Virus record (IMG/VR): IMGVR_UViG_3300044580_000573
Location: 1-37,451 of that record
Strand: one strand, 5' to 3'
Length of the DNA: 37,451 nucleotides
Source: a virus
Lineage: Duplodnaviria; Caudoviricetes
The notes below the pieces were generated by a model, which saw nothing but the letters and a program-made list of their open reading frames with translations, was not told the DNA's origin and ran no database searches. Of the stretch, positions 35,101-37,451 are shown piece by piece. Each line of letters opens with the position of its first letter. The stretch's first letter is position 1. The translations under genes were made by a program, and so were the position numbers.

Positions 35101-36830
35101 AAGTTAATAGAACTATTCATGTTGCAGAATGGGCTTGGTGTAGTGGAACCCCTGCTGGCTCAATTGGACAGATGACTAATTCTTCAAATGAATACATCTA
35201 CGTTCGTGGCGGTTCAAAATACGACGTGACGGTAGAAGGTACATCCTCTGCAAATATTACATTACATACAACATCGTATACAGTTAACAATCAGACGATC
35301 AGTTTGCTGTCTTCTGTAACTGCCCCGACAGTTACAATGAGCGATTTAGCCAATGCTGCCCAGTCGGCTGCCGAAGCATATGCTTTGGCAAAGGCAAATT
35401 TAGCAGAGACTACAGCCAAGGCTTATGCTGATGGTGTTGTATCAGATGAAGAAGCCCGTGCTATTGCCGACGCTCAAGCAAAAGCTGATGCTGCCAGGGT
35501 TGCTGCTATTTCAGCTTCCGCCGCTGATGCTACAAATAAAGTTAACGAACTTGATAGTAGGTCTTTAGTTGACAGAGGTCAAGCTCCTGTAGTAGACTGG
35601 AATACTATAACTACACAGGGTATCTACGTAATATATCCAGATCATTTTAATATGCCAAATGCCCCAGCTGTCGGTTATGTTTATCCGTATGGTGTATTAA
35701 GAGTTGAATCATCAAGTAATTTTTACGCACAAACCTATTCGGCGCATCAAGGTTCAGAGGTTTATACAAGAGTTGCTTATACCGTAGATGGGTGGCAGTC
35801 TTGGCGGCGGATCGAGGATACAACCGGTGCTCAGACCAAGGCCAACAACGCCCAATCAAATGCAATCAGTACCGCTGCGGGAGATGCCACAACTAAAGCT
35901 AACAATGCACAGACCAACGCCATCAGTACAGCCGCCACAGACGCTACCAACAAGATGAATTCCGCGATGAGCTATGCGTATGGCTTGTATGATACTCTCA
36001 GCACAAATAAGCTCGATGCGATCGTCAATGGCAAAACGATTATTGTAAACGGATATCTCAACACTCAATTCATTGAAGCAGGATCAATCACAGCTGATCT
36101 TATCAACTTTGACAATGCGGTTGGAAATAATGTGTACTTGACAGGGGTTATAAATGTTCAAAATGGAGGACGGATCGGTAATCTAAATATTACAGGAGGG
36201 GGATTATATAATGATGCTTTAGACGATAGTTACGCAGGTATATTCCTTAGCAATGCAAGTGGAACAAAAGCGGCAGCAATCGGTCTTCAGGCCTTAGATG
36301 TGGCAACAGGTTTAATTACAAATGCATATTTTAAAAACACACACAGTGCCAATTATGATATCTATGCTGCTTACTTCTATGCAAGGAATACTGGGGCGCT
36401 TGGGCTTGGCCGGGGGGTAGCAGTCGGGGCCAATGGTGACGTAGTTGTGACAAACGGAGGAATATACGGGAATGTCATCATTCCAGACAGTGATTTATAT
36501 CAAATGTTAAACCAGGATAATGCCTACCTGCCTGCTGGGTATCATCTGTATGAAAATTCGAAATATACTGCGAATAGGGACAGTTATCTGCCTAATCCAG
36601 CCTTGTACAAAACAGGAGAATGCATTATAATAACAAATTACAATAACTATGATATTAATCTCCGTCCCTATCCAGGAACGCAGATTAACGGCCAAACAAG
36701 CAAATCTATTCGACTGCACAACAATTTAGACAGTGTGACTCTCAGGGCTCATAAAACGAGCAGCGCTGGATCGACTAATAATTCCTGGATGGCGATAATG
36801 TTTGGAGGTACAGCGCTTGGATTCGAGTAA
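32133..36830 (+). CDS. Tail tip/hub protein (Tal-like) with fibre extension
   Basis: 1565 aa; NRLYA.GG.KNLP, FEDIFPRR.G.VT, GYDFEV hub motifs; Ala-rich coiled coils; knob-like domain. Confidence 0.78.
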   Translation: MQIYRGETAIAEVKITDDSYRDFAIMGDDYIILDFYSVEEIEFRKNDYCFAFGERFSIVKKPVPTLKKGIFYYNFKLYNTYKELEKVKVFPYDGNRDLTQSEFSYTCTPLQLVQLIVNNLNAVQNHVWTVGDVIDGETKTITISGQNCLEVLTSAASEWKTEWYVSGFAVYLRERTFTTEPQKVLALDSGLKTVEQEENNFKAINRLYASGGTKNLPSGYGSKRLKMDVPYLEVVADDIVEDTISFEDIFPRRIGSVTAVRQNTSGIFFFDDSGLDFNPNDLQIDGLTKHIIFQSGSLVGYDFEVNYNSTTGEFEIIQYTESSGDILPSDDLSPAVGDTYILYNIEMPQSYVTAAENELKATAQAYFDKLRNDRLAFNITTDETEFTARDMSLQPGEIVTLQHDFIEALKDGLNIRVTGFKRYINQPNRFDAVKVSDTVYVNPVSSVQNKVDEIERIIDRTGLSKQSYYSRNWRDVEEIAGMVESLRARFLLIGDEDGQFELKQVIFTANYEGNPDAFNATAGQLIHEMVPDSENPGTWNMSAFTGSLDSEATAYYLYAKCSRTTDQGEFVFDENMIDYDADANYYYFLIGVISSLHSNNRSFQTLYGFSEFAGNQITTGILKSKDGRTSFNLDTGIIQGVIRFIAPDGITIKELNQMTASDWGADAFGSASQALADAISYADGIKTQIDGDIDDVEGLIGDLDTYIDVAFHDGVISEAEAKKIQSYINQLNTEKADVDNRYTSIYNNTDLSGTPKSNLSTAKTAYNTAHANLIGAINNAIADGKTTPAESAAVDAAFANYSAALATLSTRFEEAVNYIAYVKAQNALGDANDYADGLYGVLDGLKLNAVINGKTLIVGGYINTEFINTSALVISGANVSGLGALAFLSGLTASQVGADPIGSASNALTSAQNYTNMQVQRTSVTVDLTGLDQNTYYPITIGMQPTKPYTITVERTLRSDYGVPSYSTHENGIAVTCRWTSNGSGWGTIEVNRTIHVAEWAWCSGTPAGSIGQMTNSSNEYIYVRGGSKYDVTVEGTSSANITLHTTSYTVNNQTISLLSSVTAPTVTMSDLANAAQSAAEAYALAKANLAETTAKAYADGVVSDEEARAIADAQAKADAARVAAISASAADATNKVNELDSRSLVDRGQAPVVDWNTITTQGIYVIYPDHFNMPNAPAVGYVYPYGVLRVESSSNFYAQTYSAHQGSEVYTRVAYTVDGWQSWRRIEDTTGAQTKANNAQSNAISTAAGDATTKANNAQTNAISTAATDATNKMNSAMSYAYGLYDTLSTNKLDAIVNGKTIIVNGYLNTQFIEAGSITADLINFDNAVGNNVYLTGVINVQNGGRIGNLNITGGGLYNDALDDSYAGIFLSNASGTKAAAIGLQALDVATGLITNAYFKNTHSANYDIYAAYFYARNTGALGLGRGVAVGANGDVVVTNGGIYGNVIIPDSDLYQMLNQDNAYLPAGYHLYENSKYTANRDSYLPNPALYKTGECIIITNYNNYDINLRPYPGTQINGQTSKSIRLHNNLDSVTLRAHKTSSAGSTNNSWMAIMFGGTALGFE

Positions 36831-36854
36831 AATAAAACTATAAAATTTAGTAAA

Positions 36855-37151
36855 ATGGAAACAACAAAAACGATCATTGAAAGAGCAAGTCAGACAGTAG
36901 GTGAAACCACTGTTAACTTCGAGTATGAACACCAAGACGGAGAATTGCCTTCACAACTAAAGGCAGCTGTGACCCGGCAAAACAAAAACAAAGCCGGGAA
37001 CATTACAAATGTGACGGTAATTCAATCATCCTACAACATTGAAACCGGAGCCGTTCAGCTCAATCTCGTAAATGGTAATCTGGCAGACAAAGCTGTTTTA
37101 TCCGCCATCCTGGATGGTTTTTCCTCTATTGTAGAATCATTTAATTCGTAG
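36855..37151 (+). CDS. Hypothetical protein
   Basis: 98 aa after tail gene. Confidence 0.6.
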   Translation: METTKTIIERASQTVGETTVNFEYEHQDGELPSQLKAAVTRQNKNKAGNITNVTVIQSSYNIETGAVQLNLVNGNLADKAVLSAILDGFSSIVESFNS

Positions 37152-37154
37152 GTC

Positions 37155-37451
37155 ATGGCAGCAATAAAAGAAGCAAAAAAGGCCCTTGTAGTCGATTTTA
37201 CCAAGATTGAGACTACCGACCTTGCTGGACATCAGCTTAAATTTGACGTTTCCAAATCGCTCGGGAACTACATCTACCAGACCACGGGTGACCTGGGTAT
37301 GTTTGAGCTCGCACAGAAGATCTACAAGGAGGGGAAAGCTGAGATCAATGATGAGATCAAAGGAGGATTGATCGCTGTATTAAAAGGCCCGCAATGCCCA
37401 TTTGTGGCGCTCGTGAAAACTAAACTGATTGAGATGTTGAGTAAGTCATAA
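37155..37451 (+). CDS. Hypothetical phage protein
   Basis: 98 aa; K.LGNYIY..TGDLG..ELA.KIY..G. Confidence 0.6.
   Translation: MAAIKEAKKALVVDFTKIETTDLAGHQLKFDVSKSLGNYIYQTTGDLGMFELAQKIYKEGKAEINDEIKGGLIAVLKGPQCPFVALVKTKLIEMLSKS

Larger units (their letters stand above)
1..37451. mobile_element. Mu-like transposable prophage/phage genome (Bacteroidota-type, long non-contractile tail) carrying a DGR; ends not included
   Basis: DDE transposase + AAA ATPase + GemA-like + DUF3164 early block; DUF935-type portal, gp36-, gpG- and gp37-like genes; protease, capsid, lysis, tail tube, tape measure; no sheath gene recognised. Confidence 0.92.

Noticed and set aside
32133-36830. Additional VR in the large tail protein
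   Set aside because: No match to the TR or to the IMH GGCTCCCGTCTT found by eye; a computational scan would be needed to exclude degenerate copies
1-37451. Mu-type ends (TG...CA), att sites, repressor, invertase cassette
   Set aside because: Window starts at a start codon and ends at a stop codon; no end repeats, repressor or recombinase visible

Overview
The whole window is most of a Mu-like (transposable) temperate phage of a Bacteroidota-type host. The host is inferred from TAnnTTTG promoters and gene families. Neither phage end nor the repressor is in the window. Order: (1) early/transposition region on + (Ner/Cro-like HTH, DDE transposase, frameshifted DNA methyltransferase, MuB-like ATPase, GemA-like, DUF3164, accessory genes, antirepressor with a C4-like antisense RNA); (2) a minus-strand packaging operon (terminases, gp36-like, portal-MuF-nuclease fusion, gpG-like, gp37-like); (3) a plus-strand head, lysis and long non-contractile tail operon. 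The main system is a diversity-generating retroelement (DGR) in the tail module: template repeat (TR) 30426-30541 and reverse transcriptase (RT) 30649-31914, with no avd gene and a ~100-aa extra C-terminal domain on the RT. One TR appears to drive FOUR variable repeats (VRs). One is in the adjacent Dit-like/lectin tail protein. The other three are in small, apparently cytoplasmic early-region paralogues 22-30 kb away (373-861, 889-1377, 8048-8440). Other notable signals: tRNA-like elements behind the remote targets, a G8-tract methyltransferase switch, and a promoter-to-terminator pseudoknotted sRNA next to the MuF nuclease domain. All protein family calls are by motif recognition, not database search.
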